Assembly: GCF_036321535.1 (NCBI RefSeq)
Contig: NC_087437.1
Span: 35,466,001-35,530,000, forward strand
Direction of reading: 5' to 3'
Origin: Camelus dromedarius
Taxonomy: Eukaryota
DNA: 64,000 nt
The position numbers were made by a program, and so were the translations under genes. Under the pieces are notes generated by a model. That model was not told the origin of the DNA, did no database searches, and worked only from the letters and a program-made list of their open reading frames with translations. Shown here one piece after another: positions 22,290-36,899 of the stretch; position 1 is the first letter of the stretch, and each line of letters opens with the position of its first letter.

Positions 22290-25200
22290 ATAGCTTACCC
22301 CCAAATCATAATTCCTCTAGCATGAAGATTTGTGGAGTACCCTTTGCAGCTAACAGCTAATCATACCGAACGTGGTGAATTATTTTCGTTATGTAAAATA
22401 AACTTAGTCACTGCACAGTATAAGAAATGTTCAAATACTTTCATTAAAAACACAACGTTATGCATGCTATTAATTTTTAAGATACATTACCAAATAGGTC
22501 ATGAATATTAAGTGAACATATTTGTTCTACCCTTTAAAACACACACACATTAATTTATAGTTAGGATAGAAAGTTCATCTTCACAGTATGAAACGAAAGA
22601 CAGGAAGAATATGTACAGTTCCCTTCACTTAGCCACAAAATGATTCAACTGAAAATCTCAAATCATTCAAAAAGTTGAGCACGACTGTGATTATCCTCGC
22701 CAACATATATTGTTCAATGTTCACAGGCACAAATTCACAATTCTCCAGTTTCTCAGCCTCAAAGGCTGCAATGCCACTGGTTACCAGTGGGTGGCAGAGT
22801 GACTTCTTTTTGTGGGGCATGTTTACATTTAATTCTGTCCATTCCATAGATAACTCCCAAGTAAAATTTGCAACCAGTCAGGTGCAAATATCATTAGGTT
22901 TGTGAGTCTCAAAAGATAATATTGATGAGAACACATTTCCAAAATTCCATTTACAGATGGAAAAGTTATATTTAGAAGTGTGTTCTTTGAGATACAGGGT
23001 TTGTACTAGATATTTCTGAATTACTAATTAATGGATATTGTTCATACATCAAGAGTCTTTATGCACAACGTGAGGTTCACTTGTGATGTTCATTATTAAA
23101 ATATAAGAGCAATGGTTGTCTCTCTACCACTGGTTCCAAACTTTGTCTATTCATAAGTCTAGTCTTGAAATAACAAAATATATTTTGCAACTCTAATAGA
23201 ACCAGGTAAGAACTATACAGTGTAAGCATAGTGCTTTGAGGTCAGTGCGTGGGGATGGCAGTTTACTACTGTGTAATGGGGACAGTGAAGAGATGAGAGG
23301 ATGACATATGAGTCCATCTTGTCTGAACTTCTCAAAGTTCTATTACTAATTCACTTCTTCTTTGTGCTTGAAAATATTTATTTTGGCAGTTAATAAAAAA
23401 AGGAATTCATGCCTATCACTTTTTTAACCGTTTGGCATACTCAATATAGTCTATTTACCTTATTTATTGTCTAATATCTGCACCCCATCCCCACCTCCAC
23501 CACACATGCTAGACTGCCTCATACACACACCAGGACATGAACTTCATGAAGGTAGGAGGAGTTGTTAGCTTTTGGTTTTGGTTTTTGCTCCCATATATCC
23601 CCAGTGCCTAGAAGAGTGATTGGCAGAGTATAGATGCTCAGTAAATATTTATTGAATAAATGATTAAATAAATGAAAGATAAATATTTGCAAGCCCTACC
23701 AAAGAGGAAAGAAGAAGGAAGAAAAACACCAGTAGTTCTATCAGATCATTGGCATCATTTTTGTGTGACCCCTGAAGGATTATTTGCTTGTATTATTTAT
23801 ATTGTATTATTTACATGATGCAATCATATGATATAAACAAAACTGCACATTCCAATTAGGTCACTTTTCCTGATTAATACTGCTCACTGTAGACATTTTT
23901 GAGAATAAGGATCAAAAGAAGTTGCCTAGACTATTACTACATAGAATAACTGTATTAGTATTTTTGGTGTTTTTTTCCCCCAGAGTTAAACTCTTTGTGT
24001 TTTCCTATGCAAGTCATGCCAATTCTGCCTGCTGACTGGTGGTGGTTTCACATTTTCTCTCTTCTATACCCCTAGTCTAAGACACTCTCAGTCACCACCC
24101 TCTTGCTTGGATTATTGTGATTGCTTTCTAAATTACTGTCTTCACATGCAGTCTTGCCTGTCTATGATGCTCAGTTTCTGCTTTTACCACCATATGCTTT
24201 CTTCCATAAAATGTTTATTTCAGTTCCCTCCTTGATATTCTTCAGTGGCTTCCAATTGACCTTCGAGTGAAATCCCCAAAGCCCCTGTGTGATACAATTA
24301 ATGACTCTGTCTCCAGCCCCAGGTCTTGCCTGTCTCTCATTTTCTGTGATCTGGACATACTGTACTTGAATGTGTCAGTTTCTTTCCTGCAATCCACCTG
24401 AGGCAATATTTCCCTTATTACCTATATCTGCTTGGTTAAATCTTCTTTATTCAAATTTCATTCAATTGCTTTGAGGATGGGAGGTGGTTATTGCCCAATC
24501 ACTAGAGTGATGACAGTGTCTGTCACAGGGTGAGTGCTGTTGTTGCACTGAATTTGTGTTTTCATCACATCCTATCTTACAGGCTAGTTTTTAAGGGTAT
24601 TTATTGCAGGAACAGTTACAGACCCAAGAAGAAAGATGAGATAATGAGTGAATTCTGTTTCTCATTGGATCATTTAATTATCATGTGCAGTTTAAAAATG
24701 ACATGGTTCAGGTTGCTTAATGTGAATTTTATAGATGGAGAAAATCATCACTTAAGTTTTTTGGCAATGAAATGGTCATTATGCTGTTTTATGAAACTTG
24801 TGTGTGGGAAGAAAAACACTCCTTGTGTAATAAATCAACTAACAACATCTCATTTGTGTGGCCTAGGTGTCATTCTAATAGTTTAAATGTAACAGTAGTT
24901 GTTGGAATGCATTGTTGTCAGACATTGCCTTGAGTTAGCGATTCTTAATACCTGATTGAAGTGAAGAGGAAAGAGAGCTGATTGATATTTTAATATTAAT
25001 CAAAAGGGATGTAGTGTAAAAAGAGTTGAAGAAATTTGTCTGAGACTGTAAGGAGGGATGTTGAAAATTTGTGCATATACATTGGAAATTCTTAAACATA
25101 TATGTGGCATATACTGCCCAAGGATAAATACTGAGAGAAATAACTTTAAAATCTCAACTTTCTTGTGTTATTTATGTACATGTGATTATGCTTCAGTCAA

Positions 25201-26050
25201 CTGAATGCAAAAAAAAAAATCAGTGAACAGTTTCTTTCCCCTATACCCTCCTATGCTCTATCATAGATGTATGAACAAGGATAGTACCTCAGTCAGGGCT
25301 GAAAAAAAAAAATGAGAGAGAGAGTCTGGGCCCTTATACCTTGCAGAAGAGAGCAGCCTTGTTAACTCAGACTTTTTGTGTGAGAGGGAAATAACTTGTT
25401 GAAAACACTCTCAATTTTGAGCCACTCTAGTTCATCTGTTGAACTGATACCCTAATTAAAGAAATGGTCACCAAAAATAGCAGTACATTTTAAATGGATT
25501 TTGATGTGACACTGGGGAAGGAGCAGCAGAAGATGAAAGCCAGCTGAGAGGAACTACAGCCAGTTTTCCTGAGTAGGGAGCATCTCTGAGTTTTCCAATC
25601 TCACAGTCTAATGAAAAAATATAAATCTGTTTCTTAGTCTTTCAGTGTCATTTGTTTATTCTCACCTTTTAGAAGCACTTAACATGTTTAGTAAATAATG
25701 ATTCTTCATCTAGATGATTGCTTTTTTTTGATCAGTTCTTCCTTTAAATGTCTTTTGAATATTGGTGATTGATGTAATCGATGTAATTGGAAGAACAAAA
25801 ATGATCACGAACTGAAAATTGAATTCTTAAGTATCTGTCTTAGAAAGATTTTCCAGTTTTTAAATGGAACCAGAATTTTTTTTTTTTTTTTTTTTTTGTA
25901 GGAGAGTTCAAAGTGGGTGAGTATCAAATAGGTGCTGACAGGAATGGTGAATGACCTTGCTCAGCTCATCAAGCTCAGACTATTGAGAGGTTCAGAGATT
26001 CAGGGAAAGGTGCTCCCTGTCATGATTAATTTGGACAAGAGTGTTTTCAT
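22290..26050 (-). mobile_element. Decayed Ty3/Gypsy pol fossil C (RT, RNase H, integrase), interrupted by L2 and LTR pieces
   Basis: IMTGSTF (~26005-26030); PWAVY (~25110-25125); MNITSEP; PNDICT*LVANFTWELSMEWTELNVNMPHKKKSLCHPLVTSG (22770-22900, cf. P..I.TDQG.NFTSEL..E..EL....H..TS.YHP..NG); SV*L..KGYSTNLHAR (~22315-22370, GPY/F region). The integrase part is the strongest. Confidence 0.68.
23340..24470 (+). mobile_element. L2 fragments
   Basis: tatatccccagtgcctagaagagtgattggcagagtatagatgctcagtaaatatttattgaataaatga; ttcttcagtggcttccaattgacc. Confidence 0.7.
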
Positions 26051-26490
26051 TATCTGTTGCTCCAAAATTAATCAGAACAAAGCTTAATGGTTAAAACAAC
26101 AACCATTGATGATAGTTTCTGCAGGTCAGGATTTGGGGAGGGCTCTGTTCATCAGTTCTTCCTTGAGATATCTCATTCAGTTGCAGCTAGATACATGCTG
26201 GGCTGGAGGATCTGCTTCCAAGGAGACTCACATACATGGCTGGCAAGTGGTACTTTCTGTTGTTCAGGACCCTTACTTCTCTCCATGTAGACTTCTCCAT
26301 GTAGTTAAGTGTTCTCTGGGGAAAACAGTTGGCTTCTCCTAGAGCAAGCCATCCAAGAGAGCCAGGTGGAATCCTCAATGATTTTCACGACCAAGCTTCA
26401 GAAGTCACATACCAACACTTCTGTTGTACTATCGATCATGTTAGTGTGGGAGTGAAGTATACAAGGAGGTGGCTTGAGTACTGGCATCTA
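26040..26490 (-). mobile_element. MaLR LTR (old MLT1)
   Basis: ttatctgttgctcc...ttctgcaggtcaggatttgggg...ggctggaggatctgcttccaagg...ggcttctcctagagcaagccatccaagagag. Confidence 0.8.
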
Positions 26491-26859
26491 CAAAGGATAA
26501 CCTAAAGGTATCAAGAATCATAGGGAAAAATAGAATAGAGTGGCTGAGTTGGAATTGCAGAACTGAGTCCATCCTTACCCCTGCTGTGTATTGGATGGTG
26601 GGAGAAAAGATTCTTGTAGCTAATGAAACATCAAGTTAGATTCTGAAAGATACCAGCAGTAGTAAGATTCTTTGATTCTGAAGAATCTATAAGCGGGACT
26701 AGAAGGAGCACTGATTGCCCTCCCAGATGGAGCCAGGAATGAAGGTGTTCTGAGGACTGGAACACCACCCAGGAGAGCTGCCGGTTAATCTGATGGAGGA
26801 AGTGTAAAGAATTAGACTGCTCAATCCTCTATATCCTTATCTATTACTAAAAGGATTTT

Positions 26860-27170
26860 TTTTTTTCCGGGAGTGGATTCTGACTATATTGTCCTTACCC
26901 ACTGACTTTTTGGAACAAATTTGTATATAGTCATTTTGTAGCTGTCTTTTGTTTCTCAGATTCTACTGTGGAAAATTTCCCACATTAATAGTATTCACTC
27001 ATGCAGTGAGATTTACCAAAGACTCAAAAGCCATAGTGCTATAAGGGCAGGGATCAATTTCCTTGGCAACTCAGCCCATTTCAGACAGAAGGGCTCTGCT
27101 TGTCTCTGTTTTATATGTTGCAGCTATGCATGGAAAGTTTTTTTGATAAAATTGTTGGGAAAATGCTCAT
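26860..27170 (-). mobile_element. Gypsy RNase H fragment G
   Basis: LSKKLSMHSCNI*NRDK (cf. SKKLS.AE.NY...DK); LIALWLL; LQNDYIQICSKKSVGKDNIVRIHSR (26867-26945, cf. LQ.YDF.I.Y.PGKDNVVADALSR). Confidence 0.65.
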
Positions 27171-27179
27171 CTGCAACAT

Positions 27180-27660
27180 CAATTTAAATAGCTGTATCCT
27201 ATATGTGGATATAATATAAATTATTTAAATAATTCTATTATGAATATTTAGGTGGTTTCTTGCTTTTCTGTATTATAAACATCTCTGTGATAAACATTAT
27301 CACATGAGTAATATGAATACTATTTGTACTCATCCATAATTACTTATTCACTTTACTCCTAGAAGTAGGCTTCCTGGGTTGAATTACATATTCCTTTTTG
27401 AGATTTTAAAATAAGTATTGCCAAATCATGCTTTCGTCTAGAAAGCATGCTGGTGGAGGCTGGAGCTAACCTTCCTGAGCTCTGCTTCCTAACCAGCTAT
27501 GTGACCTTTATTTAGCAAATTACTCATTCTTACCTATAACGTCAGTATCTACCTCACAAATTTGTTAAAAGGAAAAATGAGGTAGTTCATATAAACTACT
27601 TAGAACAGTGTCTAAAACAGAATAAAGACTCAATAAAGTTAGGTCTTATTAGCATCATTA
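27180..27660. mobile_element. Old L1M fragment followed by MIR
   Basis: tgaatatttaggtggtttcttgcttttctgtattataaac...cctagaagtaggcttcctggg; ctctgcttcctaaccagctatgtgacctt...cttagaacagtgtc. Confidence 0.75.
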
Positions 27661-28199
27661 TTATTAACTGGAATTTTGTGTCCAAATCTGGTGTCTTTAT
27701 CTCCCTGTTTTTATTTTTGACCAGACTCAAAAGCAATTTTCCTCCAATAATTACTCTAGAGCCTGACACTTTCTGTTAACATGTTCTATAACCAGTTTCT
27801 GTAAATGAGTCAGAAGCATATAAAAATTCAGTTAATGTATATGAAAAGCCACATAGGGCAGACAGCTGGCTTGACTTTCAAAGTCTTTCATAATCTGAGA
27901 CTTCCATACCATGCTGTCTTTATTTCTACCCTATTGCTTATCCTAGTTTACTCTTTTTTTCCTACATCCTCAACAGATAGCAATAAAAACATTTAGGGAT
28001 GACTTTCTTCTCTTAGTAAGCAACTTTTGGGAACATTCCCCACTTTATGTACATTTATTTTAAAGTAATGAACACTTACACCTGGATTAATGTAGTATGA
28101 ATGTTATAACTTATTAAAAATACAGATTGAAAGGTGGGATAAAAAATAAACATAAAAATAATTCTTTCCCTTGCTCAATGCTTTTCTACACAAAACTCA

Positions 28200-28530
28200 T
28201 TTTGGAAAAGCCACTGGTATAGGCTATATATAAACATGTCCAGTGATAGGGAGTTAATTCCTCAGTGAGTTGGTTCCTTTTGTTGTTGGACAGCTCTAAG
28301 TTGTTAGGAAGTTCTTGCTTTTATTGATCTGAGAAAAAATTCTAAAGTTAATAGTCACCTACCATGAGTAGGCCCTGAGTTTAGTGCTTTAAACACATTA
28401 TTTTTAATCTCATTATATCTGAAAGCTGGGTGGTATTTTTTCCCCCAACTATAGATGAATATATTAAAGAGAAACAGTTTGCCCAGCAGATGATCAACTC
28501 TTATCTTTTAACTCTAGTTCTAGTCTCTAG
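28200..28530 (-). mobile_element. CR1/L3 3' fragment plus MIR
   Basis: tccagtgatagggagtta...tgttggacagctctaagttgttaggaagttcttgc. Confidence 0.6.
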
Positions 28531-29049
28531 ACATGATATAAAATGAAATGGAAATCTTACCTCTTGTGGACTGTAGCTTCTACGTGCCCTTTCTAATCCC
28601 CTGCACAGTGTCACGTACATTCAGATTTAGCTTTTGTTCAAATTGTCCGTTAATCTGAAATGTCTTCTTCCTGTTCTTCTTCTTCCCCTTGTCTTTCCCT
28701 TCCCTTTGGTAATTAGTCATCTCTACGTTTCTGTGTAAAGTCATTGTACATCTCTTCTGCACAGTGCCCTGCCCCTTGGGTGAAATAGCAACATGTGAAG
28801 TCTACACCACATCATTTGGATTTTAATATTAAATTTATGGTCATTGCTTGCTTAAATGGCTTAAAATTAGTTTACAAATGACTTTCTGGTGTGGCTCCTG
28901 CCTTAAAATTCTGTATTCTCCTTACACTAGGCAGAGTTTTGGGCACATCATAGACTTTGACTCATATTTTTAGGTATTTTCTATTTTGCTTCTATTTTGC
29001 AGACATGCGAAAGTTAAGCAAAATATGGGAGAGTAAATGATGAAGAATC

Positions 29050-29830
29050 ACAGAAGGAAAAGGTTCCATTCATTTTAAACTCATCTTTTGGTTGATGTCT
29101 ATATTCCTTCCCCCTCATGATCAATTGTAATCAATCTTAGTTTCCATATCTAGTGATAAAGGTCCTTGTTCAGGTGACTTTCTAGTTCATTTACTCTTTG
29201 GGCAGTGTTTCTTTTTACTCATAAGACCTTTATCACATGTACATTTTTTTTGTAACTATTTCTTCAGTGCCCAAACCAGTTACAAGTTATGCATTACAGA
29301 AGAGGGAGAGGGTCCTGAGATTTGGGGTGATCTCATAAATCACCAGGAAAGAAGTATAATTTAATCGAGACCTTACCAGTAGGTTGAAGAGAAGAATAGG
29401 TATATTTCTTGTAAAGTTGTAGATAGAAACAGATTTCTTGGAAAAAGTCTTTTGGTCAGTCTTGTTGAGATAGCAGGTATAAAACAAAAGTAAGTGGGTA
29501 GGAGTTAGATTATACACCCATTTGGGGGGATTTCTGTAATTTGTTCTATGTAGAATATTATTAAAACTACAGTGATATAATAAAAATATTTAAGTATACC
29601 AATGTGATCTAATATCAAAGATGGGTTAAGTAAGACTGAGTGCAGACCCAAAAGTTCTGTTGGCATGTCGTCTGGTTCTTCAGCAGAATTCTTTCCCTCC
29701 TTTGAAGTTGTTGATTTTGATAGTTTTGTATCAGTTACAGATGACCATTTTCCAAGATTGGTCCCATCATTTTCTTCTTTTTGAATGCTGAAATAGGATT
29801 TATTTCAACCTATAGTTGAATAATTGTTCT
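29050..29830 (-). mobile_element. Gypsy integrase C-terminal fragment H, split by an LTR piece at about 29280-29560
   Basis: EQLFNYRLK*IL...WDQSWKMVICN*YKT (29720-29830, cf. ERFN.TLK.ML....WD..L..V.FAY.T); DKGL..SK*TRKSPEQGPL (29155-29240, GPY/F-like). Confidence 0.55.
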
Positions 29831-30399
29831 TTTTATTTTTGTTTCACTTCCTACAACATACGTTTTATATTTATTCAAAAAAGGCCCTTAAAGCAGATAT
29901 ATGGGGGAAACAGAGCCATAGCATGACCAAATTACTCTTAAAAAAAAATTACCCAATTGGCTAGAGACACATAGAAACACAGAGTCCAGTCCTTCTGCTT
30001 TCCAGTTTAGGAATTTAAAGCTTTTTAAACTTTTGAGGAGAGTCAGTCTTTAAACACAGATAGAGGAGGGATGAGGGAGATTCTGTAACACACACACAAA
30101 AATTACAATTTTTAGGGATGTAGAGTAGTTCCTGCATCTATCTATTCTGGGTGAAGTGGATGTGTCTCTTGAGTAAACTGGAAAAAAATGTTTTTTTTCC
30201 CACTCCTGGGCTTTCATGCCAATAAAGGAGGATTGCTGCTAACAAAGAAACAGCCTTCATGCATCACCAGAGGAGTGAAGGCAACCTTTCTCATCCATCT
30301 CACTAATGGTGGATACCAAGATGCTTCAGCAGATGCAGTGAGATTGGTAGATGATTAGTGATAGCTTTGTTCCTCCCTCTTTCTGAAATTTTGAAAGGT

Positions 30400-31400
30400 T
30401 AAGTGAGGAGACTTTGACAATTGGGGGTGATAGCATATTTACTTGGTGGAGTACATTTAGCTTTGGAAAGCAGATATTCTTTACCTATGCTGCTCATTAG
30501 TCTCTTCCTATCCCCAAATTCTTGAGCATGCTTTTATGAAAGTGTTTTTTTAAAGTGGTCCCTATAATGAACACCGTCTCCTACCATCTGCTACAGTCCT
30601 GTGATGATAGCCAGAGTGGATTCCTTTGACTTGTTTTTAACATATAACAGCAATATTTCCTGGTGCAGAATTAGATTTACACACACCTCTGTGAAGATTT
30701 CTGATGGAATTAGATTGGGAGACGTTAAATTTTGAGAGTTATATTCACTGTGTTAAGGCTAAAGTTGCTGCACCATGGAATGATACAGTACTCCGGGTCA
30801 AGTTAGGTAGTCCTTGAGGAATGGTCCACAACCACTGCAGAGCACAGTCATCATATTTTGGGATCAATTACCATCACATATTGGCCAAGACTGTTAGTGG
30901 CTATGTCAGACTGATTCTGTTTATGAAAGTTCATTATTTACATACTTGAAATTTTTTTTCCCGAAAACATTACTAAAAAATGCATGTAGTAATCATTTGT
31001 TGAGTAACTATCACACGCAAGGCTCTGTATCAGACTTAGAGATTAGGTTTAAAAATTGCCACTTGTTTGCAGCATTCCTTAATACTCAAATTAGAATATA
31101 CTGATTAGTTCCCACATTATATGACTTACAATTTTGTTGCAGACATACTTCATTTTTTTCTTATGTTATTAGTAATTTACACCTCTGTCTTCTTGCTTGG
31201 ACTTCATGAGAAAGGCACCTCTGTTAGTGCTTCCTAGTGCTTTGATTATGTAAACATAATGAATGAAATAAACTTGACCCTTTTCTAGTAGGAGATAAAA
31301 ATCTATGAATGGTAGAGTTGCATCCTGTACAGATTTAATTTGCATCATCAGAATAGTTCTAATTTTGAAAATATCAGAATGTTTGAATAACAAAACAAAG
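30400..31400 (-). mobile_element. Gypsy integrase fragment I, possibly the 3' part of fossil K
   Basis: QDATLPFIDFYLLLEKG (ORF 31169-31393, linker); AVVVDHSSRT (~30810-30840, cf. LVVVD.FSR); HSGYHHRTVADG (~30585-30620, cf. TS.YHPQTDG). Confidence 0.55.
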
Positions 31401-32789
31401 TGGATTTGAAGTAAGAAAGTGGACTTTTGATGGCTCTTTTATTTGAGGTGGGGCTTTTTTGGTATAATGAAAATAGAATTTTTGCTGAGTTGTGACTGAT
31501 ATACTGTATCAAGAACCTATAATTGTTTAGGATATATCTAATAATTCTGTATGTATTATGTCTTGTCTTTTTTACTTTAATACATAAAATCAGGATATAT
31601 TTTATTCTTTAACAATGCTTACATGATTTTTGCTTTTGTTACTTTTGTAACAATACTCCAGTGACTTGGAACCATTTTCAAAAATGGGTGTTTTAATATG
31701 TACTTCCATTTCTGGTAAAAACTGACTTAATTCATACGCTGTCATTTTTGTTGCATGAAATTTGTAGTTCTCTGAAGAGCAGATGTAAATTTACATACAG
31801 AGTTTAGTTCTACTTTTTCTTGTTTTCCTTTTTTCTCTCTGGTAGCCAGGTGGGAAGTAAAAAAATCTCATCTCATGAGATCAGATCCCATTAAAAAAAA
31901 AAAGTAAGCCCATATCTGTTTGAGATTCTCAGAGTTTCACTATTATAGGAATTGGATTAAAAATATCTGCAACAAAGAGAAAAAGATAGCCTTGTTTACG
32001 TCACAGGTTCAAACTCTTAAAAATAAAACCCAGGAACAAGGTAGAGTTTTTTTTATAATTCTAAGGAAGGCAAACACATTTACATTACTGTCTATGAGAA
32101 TAGCAAAAAAATACATTTATTTCCTTAGAATAGCTTTTCTTTCCATTTCAAAGAAATTGTCATTACATTTTTCCTTGTTGGGGTTAACTTGTTTTGATTT
32201 AGACAGAAAGATGTATCATGGCTAGAAATAATAAATATTTATCAGATACAGTTTATATCTATAGAATAACTATGGGCTGAAATAGTCCATTGCTTATATA
32301 GCAATACAATTTTTGTTTAATATTAGACTGTTAGTTGTAAAAATGTTAAAAATAAAAGTCACTTCAACAAAAGGAATAAGCAGGAACTGTTGAGTAACAG
32401 TATTTTAACATACTAGATGTATATTCTTAAGTTACAAACTGTATTTTTATTCATAAATAAAAATTTCATGAAAAATAGTAAAATTCACTGAATGAGTTTG
32501 CTTTAAAAATTTATTGTTCAACAAATATTTATTGAGAACCTACTATATAGCAGATACTTTGTGACTCTTTATAAATAGAATAATCCTACTCTGATGTAAA
32601 ACTTATGTTTAAATGTCTGAGTCTAGGGTAGAATATGTATAGAAATAATTTAAACACTTGTAATCAAATGTTTTTGAGAACAACTTTTCCTAATCAAAGA
32701 TCATGAGATTAGATGCAATGATCTCAATAAATACCTTTTAAAGTTAAGAGATGTATTCTACTTAAATAGATACTGTATCAATCAGATTC

Positions 32790-35700
32790 TTAGATTAAAT
32801 GAACCACTCCCATTTCTATCCCTTGGATCACAGATCATATTCTGGCTGAGAGGACAGCATCAAACACTAGGCAGTATATTATAGGATGGCATTGACTCTC
32901 ATGCAGTACTGTATTTCAGGTGACGTTGTTACTGAGTCTTCAAAAGCCCATTCCGATATTCCATAAGGACAGTTGTTTCTGGGGCACAGTACTAGCGAAT
33001 CCCATGAATAACAACCAACTGCCCTACTTTCTTTCATTGTAAATTGCGTTTTCTTAGTCAGAAGTAATATTGTTTGGTTTAACCTGACGGTGAGTAGACA
33101 TTCAGTGAGTCAACAGATGGTGTTCTTGGCAGAACATGGCAAGCAGAGAAGTCAAATTCAAATTCAGAGTAAGTGTGTAGTCCAATAAGGAAAAATCTAC
33201 TCTGGGAAAGGGGTCCAAACTAACCAACTTGCTGCCAAGTGGCTATCTGGTCTCCTCGGGATATGGGCCCCTATCAGGGGCTCAGAGACAGCTGCCATTG
33301 CTAGAAAACTAGGCACTCCATAGTGATAATAGCCAAGTCGGCACTGGTGAGAGGAAGGTCCATATGTTGAGCCTATTCAAAATCTCCTTATGCCACCATG
33401 GCCACTTTTGAGTAAATATTACATGGATTGGGGAAAAAAGACTGATTAGGATCCACATGTTAGAACGACTTGTCCCCCTAATTGTTGAGAACTCCTCTTC
33501 ACTGGGAATCGTCTGCTGGACATTGGCACAGGACAAACATTGTCAAATTCTGAGTTAAATCTGAGAGGTTTATCCAAACTTCTTTTTCCCAGACCATTTG
33601 GTCAAACTACTGGTCCTTGTATGTGTTCCTCACACAGTCTCTCCTCCTAAGACAAATAGACTACAATAAGTACCCTGGTAGTTTTGCCCACTGGCAGGAT
33701 TATCCTTCCCTCTGTCCCCCAGAGCTACCTCAAGTGGGACTCTGAAGCCACAACAGTGCATATTAACTAATGCCACCATATTGGGCAGAGCTCTCTGTAA
33801 ATCAGAAAAGTTTCCTCTGTGATCACATAGTTACAAAAAACCCCCTTTCTGTTTGGTCATAGAGAGGTGGGTTGAGGAAGTGATGACACTGCAGTAGGAA
33901 TAGGCACATTAGAAACTGAGCCACCTGCTCATACAAACTTCTTGTAACCCCACTGATTAACTAACATTCCAGTTCACTTAAAAGATGTCCAGCAGCACAT
34001 AAAACATGGCTTATGAGGATTTTTCCTTAAAATTTTATAGCAGTCAGGTGTCATCTCTCTCTCAGAGGTTAGAATTGCAAGGTGCAGCAAACTAATTTTT
34101 AACTCCTTCCAGGCTACCACATTCTGAAAATTCATGGGGGTAGCAGGCTTCTGAAATTTCCTGAGATTGTTTTCACAGCCACCAGCATCCACATGTTACC
34201 ATGGCATTTAAACTATTGACTTCTTTCTGCTTATCAGGACCTAGATATATGATGATATCAGTATACTGGACAACATGACGTTCTGTGAGATGGTGAAATC
34301 AGTCTTTTACATTATATTACAACAGAGAGCCAAGTAGTTGACTTATCCCAGATAGAAGACAAAGAAGGTGTGCTATTGGCCTACCTTAGAGTGATAAACT
34401 GCTTCTCATACTGTCTACTTACTGGAATAGCAAAAATAAAAAGAAATGTCAGATCAATATTTATGAACCAACAGGCAAGCAGCAGCAGGTTTATTTGCTC
34501 CCTAAATGAGACCAAATTTTGGAAAAACTGCTGCAATGGCAGAAATTGCCTGACTAAATATATGATAATATTTGTCATTTAGATTGATTCAATCATTTGA
34601 GAGCTAGTGTAGAGATTTTTTTTCCAGTTACTGAGTATATGTATTACAAATATACACCTTGGTATGAGTAAATAAAGTAGCAATGATGTGAAAGATGATA
34701 CATTTCCAAAATGGCTGCAGTGATTTTTCTGGTTCCATATGCTCTTCCGGAACCCTGTTACTCCCCCATCAAGAGCTAAAATCGATACTTTTGACCCTTG
34801 AATACAGTGAGATCTTGTGACTGCTTTGACAAATAGGCAGTGTCAGTTTGCCGTATTCTATTTCCAAGGCTGTGTTAGAAAAGAAGGTACAACTTGCTCT
34901 CTTTCTTGGGATGCTTGTGGTGGTTGGGGCACAACCACTGTGTTCGGAAGAAGTCCAGACTTCCTCGAGTGGCCACTTGTTGGTGCTGTAAGTAACAGCC
35001 CCAGCTCAGACTTGTAAGTGTTCTGGCCACAGCCAGCATCAACTACCAGATATGAGTGAATAATTCGACAGATGATTCTAGCTCTGAACTGATGCTACAA
35101 AGAGCAAAGATGAACTTTCACTGCCAAATCCTGTCTAAGCAAATTTATGAGCACAATATATATCACTGCTGTAAGGCACTATGTTTTAGGGTTGTTTGCT
35201 AGGGGAAGAGATAGGATTAGAGTTCCATAAGACTCACTTGAGGTGGTCTCTGCCCACAATTCTATTTTTCAAAAACCCCATTCTTACCAGTAGAAGACAA
35301 TTGTCTGACTTCAGGGACTGTGAATTTAAAGCTAGTTTCTAATCATCTCTGAAATATCTTGCAATGTCCCTTTCTCCAGTGCACATTTAGCCTGGTTGTT
35401 AAATGTGGGTCCTTTTGGGAAAGCTATAGAGGAAAATTTACAGTAGGCACTTTTGATGTTATTGTAACATACTCTACAATTATATGCAATTTCTCCTTAT
35501 GGAAGACATGCTAGGTCTGTGAACTGTCTCAAGTGAACTGCCCCTATACTTAGATCCTAAGAATCCAGTGATCAAACATCCACAACAAAAGATCCCTGTG
35601 GGTCAGATCATCCTGATAATCTTGCTAACACTGCTATTTAACCTAGCCATGCCTGGATTCTCTCTTCTGTTTTCAAGGTATAGTTTTTTTTCCACCTGAA

Positions 35701-36760
35701 GATTCTAACAGCACTTTTGACATAGAGAGCCCGTTTCAAAAGTACTGTATCCGTGCATATTCCCAGCCAACAGAGAATAGCCATCTTAGAGCTTATGCTT
35801 TTATAATATATTGGTGCTCTGAGAGTCAGTGCTATTCTTGGTGTTTTGTGAAAAGCTTTACTTAAGGCCCCTCCTACGGGACATGGTTTGGGACCCTTGG
35901 AGATACCAGGGAATGGATATCAGGCTACTTTATAAATCACTTTGATTTTTGTAGTTTCCTAAGGTGTTGGGTTCCTTCTTCTACGGTACACCAAGAATTC
36001 CTTACCCCTTAACTTTATTTACCGCCATGAATTCAGGTTTTAGTCAACCAACTTGGCAAATGTTTAGAACAATTTTCAGCTCTTAAAGCAGATGAAATCA
36101 CTGCTAACTCTCTTATAATGAGAAACTATCTTATTTTAAAATAATTTCCTTTCCTTCTTAGTTTAATGTCTAAATCTATACCCATATATATTTTCTAGGA
36201 TTTTATTAATCTAGATTAGCCAAATTTTGCAATTTTTTAGTGGGGTAAAGTTTTTCCACCTAAAGTTGAACATGGAAGTTACTCCCCCTTGCATCTACCC
36301 CAAGAGAGTAAACATGGTCTATCTCTGGTCTTAGATCTGCAGATAATGAGGGGTGAGGACCAAGGAGAATTGGCCTTCTTTCACAAGATAAGGGGTTGAT
36401 GAGTGTATAGGGAAGTGCTGCCCAGCAAAAGGGGAGGAGAAACTGCTTCCTCTGGTGATGAAGGCTCAATGAGATTGAGGAATTTAGAGTTCTCAGAGGC
36501 ATTTGAATCCTTCTGAGTCCCCATTTCAATTTCCAGGGTTCTCTTCTTTCCTAGTCAGTGGTCTGAATTTTACCTGTAAGACCTGGCAAGGATGTCCATT
36601 CAGATGATGTCATTGGACAGAATGTAATTCTTTGCTTACCTCAGCCCTGGGATGACACTACTAAGTAGCATACGCTTAGCAATTAAGTGTAGTTGTACTA
36701 CTAAGTGAGGTTACACTTCAGGAGACTAGGCTTTCCCTGGTTCTCACAGTGTACCTTGAG
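32790..36760 (-). mobile_element. ERVL/MaLR internal sequence (gag-pol remnants) with nested MLT1
   Basis: ccactcccatttctatcccttggatc; ccatgccaccatggccact-like text at 33390; aaaccccctttctgtttggtcata; aaattttatagcagtcaggtgtcat; these are typical ERVL-int segments. Confidence 0.75.
34680..35205 (+). mobile_element. MaLR LTR (MLT1F/G-like)
   Basis: tttccaaaatggctgcag...ctcccccatcaagag...ttgtgactgctttgacaaatag...cagccagcatcaactaccagatatgagtga...aaggcactatgttttagggttgtttg. Confidence 0.8.
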
Positions 36761-36899
36761 CTGGGAATTTGGGATTTTGAGCATATTATTTATACACACA
36801 CACAGATACATAAAAAATATATATATATAGTGTATATACTGGTGATTGTCTAGTACAATTAGAAGTAGGCAATTTACCCTGTAGGGTTTGTATTCTTGA